From sequence record MT944117.1: 64,000 nucleotides of DNA. One strand, given 5' to 3'. Below are positions 62,749 through 64,000 of the stretch, one piece after another. The position numbers and the translations under genes are program-made. The notes under the pieces were generated by a model. It did no database searches. It was not told the origin of the DNA and worked only from the letters and a program-made list of their open reading frames with translations. The stretch comes from Escherichia phage PNJ1809-36. Within the stretch, counting starts at the first letter, position 1. Each line of letters opens with the position of its first letter.

Positions 62749-62777
62749 TTGACAAGTGTTTATTCGTTTTGTAAAGT
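62749..62777 (+). promoter_or_regulatory. sigma70-like promoter (TTGACA-17-TAAAGT) for recombinase gene
   Basis: About 30 nt upstream of the ATG at 62807. Confidence 0.5.
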
Positions 62778-62806
62778 GGGAATACAGCAATGGTTTAGGA
62801 GTGGTT

Positions 62807-63478
62807 ATGAAAAAGTTTGTTGTTTACAGTCGTCTTTCTAAACAGAAAAAAGGTGAGGCACAATATGGTATGGAGAGCCAAGAGAATGATATCCGTTACT
62901 TCTTAGACTCTGTGCCTGATGCGGAAGTTATTGGTCAATTTTCTGAATACTATTCGGGTAAGGGCGATTGGAAGCAACGTAAGGAACTGGTTAAAGCGGT
63001 TGAAATGTGTAAAGCTACCGGAGCAACTTTATTGGTAGCTAAAGTTGACCGCTTGGGTCGTAACAACGCCTCTGTAGCAACTCTTCTAGAGATGATCGAT
63101 GTTAAGATAGCCATCATGCCAGACGCAGATAAAATGGTTATACAGCTTCTGTCTGTTCTGGCTGAACAAGAAGTTAGAGGTATTGCTGATCGTATTAAAA
63201 AGGGTCTTGCTGTAGCAAAAAGCAAAGGTGTTTTATTAGGCAGTGCTAATCCTAAAACTGCCGCTGCACGTAGAAAAGGGAAAATGGAATACAACTCTGT
63301 TAAAGCAGACGCTTTTGCAGAGACATTCCGTGAACGCTTGGAGATCCTTAGAGATTTAAATACACCTTACAAAACTATTGCTGAAAAATTCAATAGTAAG
63401 AAAATAGCAACAGCACGTGGTGGTAAATGGGATGCTAAAACTGTTTCTCGTTTGTGTGCCAGACTGAACATTAAATAG
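62807..63478 (+). CDS. small serine recombinase (resolvase/invertase family)
   Basis: ORF track 62756..63478 trimmed to ATG; N-terminal VVYSRLSKQKKGE resembles the catalytic-Ser motif; VAKVDRLGRN. Confidence 0.6.
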   Translation: MKKFVVYSRLSKQKKGEAQYGMESQENDIRYFLDSVPDAEVIGQFSEYYSGKGDWKQRKELVKAVEMCKATGATLLVAKVDRLGRNNASVATLLEMIDVKIAIMPDADKMVIQLLSVLAEQEVRGIADRIKKGLAVAKSKGVLLGSANPKTAAARRKGKMEYNSVKADAFAETFRERLEILRDLNTPYKTIAEKFNSKKIATARGGKWDAKTVSRLCARLNIK

Positions 63479-63486
63479 GAGAGGAT

Positions 63487-63909
63487 ATGAAACAAGAAAA
63501 TGAATCTGTAGATCACTTAATCATGCTGTCAGCCCTTTTTGCCGGATGGGACGTATTTTTTGAAAATTTGTTCAATTCTTCTACAGATGGTTCCGATTTT
63601 ATGCGCCAGTTTAAACGACGAACTGTTGAGGACTATGCTTTCTATTCAGGTCGGATTGAAAAAGGTTACGAAGATACAAATACAACACTCACCATTAAAG
63701 TTTTAGATGTGATGTTTAGTGTTATAGATGCTATCGACGAAAGTCTTCCGATCCTAGACAATTGTAATACGAAAGCCTATGTTTACAAAATAGCTCGTGC
63801 TTATGTGTCTGCAAACAGTTGTCTTCTTTCCACCCAGATTGCCGTGAACAATCTTGCCAACTTGTTTGATGAAGGAGAAACTTTTTATGACAATCGATTT
63901 GAAGTGTAA
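63487..63909 (+). CDS. hypothetical protein (140 aa)
   Basis: ORF track; AGGAGAGG SD. Confidence 0.45.
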   Translation: MKQENESVDHLIMLSALFAGWDVFFENLFNSSTDGSDFMRQFKRRTVEDYAFYSGRIEKGYEDTNTTLTIKVLDVMFSVIDAIDESLPILDNCNTKAYVYKIARAYVSANSCLLSTQIAVNNLANLFDEGETFYDNRFEV

Positions 63910-64000
63910 GAGGATTCTTTTAGATTTCTATAATAATTGGTTAGAACACCTCCGTCTCTTTCCAAGAGAAAGTGGTTACGCTGATGTTGGCTTATGCCGA

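Noticed and set aside
1-64000. tRNA genes, integrase or attachment sites, virion structural genes
   Set aside because: No cloverleaf-compatible sequence with a T-loop consensus was seen by eye, no tyrosine-recombinase motifs, and no capsid, tail or terminase-like translations; tRNAscan and HMM searches would be needed to exclude them formally.

Overview
This 64-kb window reads as part of a large virulent tailed-phage genome (about 35-40% GC by eye; no tRNA, CRISPR, integrase or virion structural gene recognised). It has four blocks. (1) 1-32,747, all leftward: a T7-like replication module (family A DNA polymerase with GTG start running off the left edge, amino-methyltransferase, gp4-like primase-helicase), four glycosyltransferase-like genes, a secreted SleB-like hydrolase, a Ter-like module (TerD, vWA, TelA-like, SprT-like, lipoprotein, TerC, macro domain, phosphoribosyltransferase, HAD hydrolase), anaerobic ribonucleotide reductase NrdD/NrdG, a UvrD-like helicase and many small ORFs, one interrupted by an in-frame TAG. 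(2) 32,862-39,142, rightward after a divergent promoter region: small genes, an AAA+ ATPase, a Cys-rich protein and a NADAR-domain protein. (3) 39,143-52,366: direct repeats, Fur-box-like operators, a GC-rich island with a consensus leftward promoter, then about 21 rightward cassettes of sigma70-type promoter plus GC-rich 5' leader hairpin plus small gene (locally about 50% GC), ending in a 1.5-kb ORF-free region with nested palindromes and A/C-only runs. (4) 52,367-64,000, rightward: small genes including a four-member paralog family, and a small serine recombinase. All functional calls rest on motifs read from the translations; no database search was possible. Non-ORF coordinates are hand-counted and may be off by 1-2 nt.
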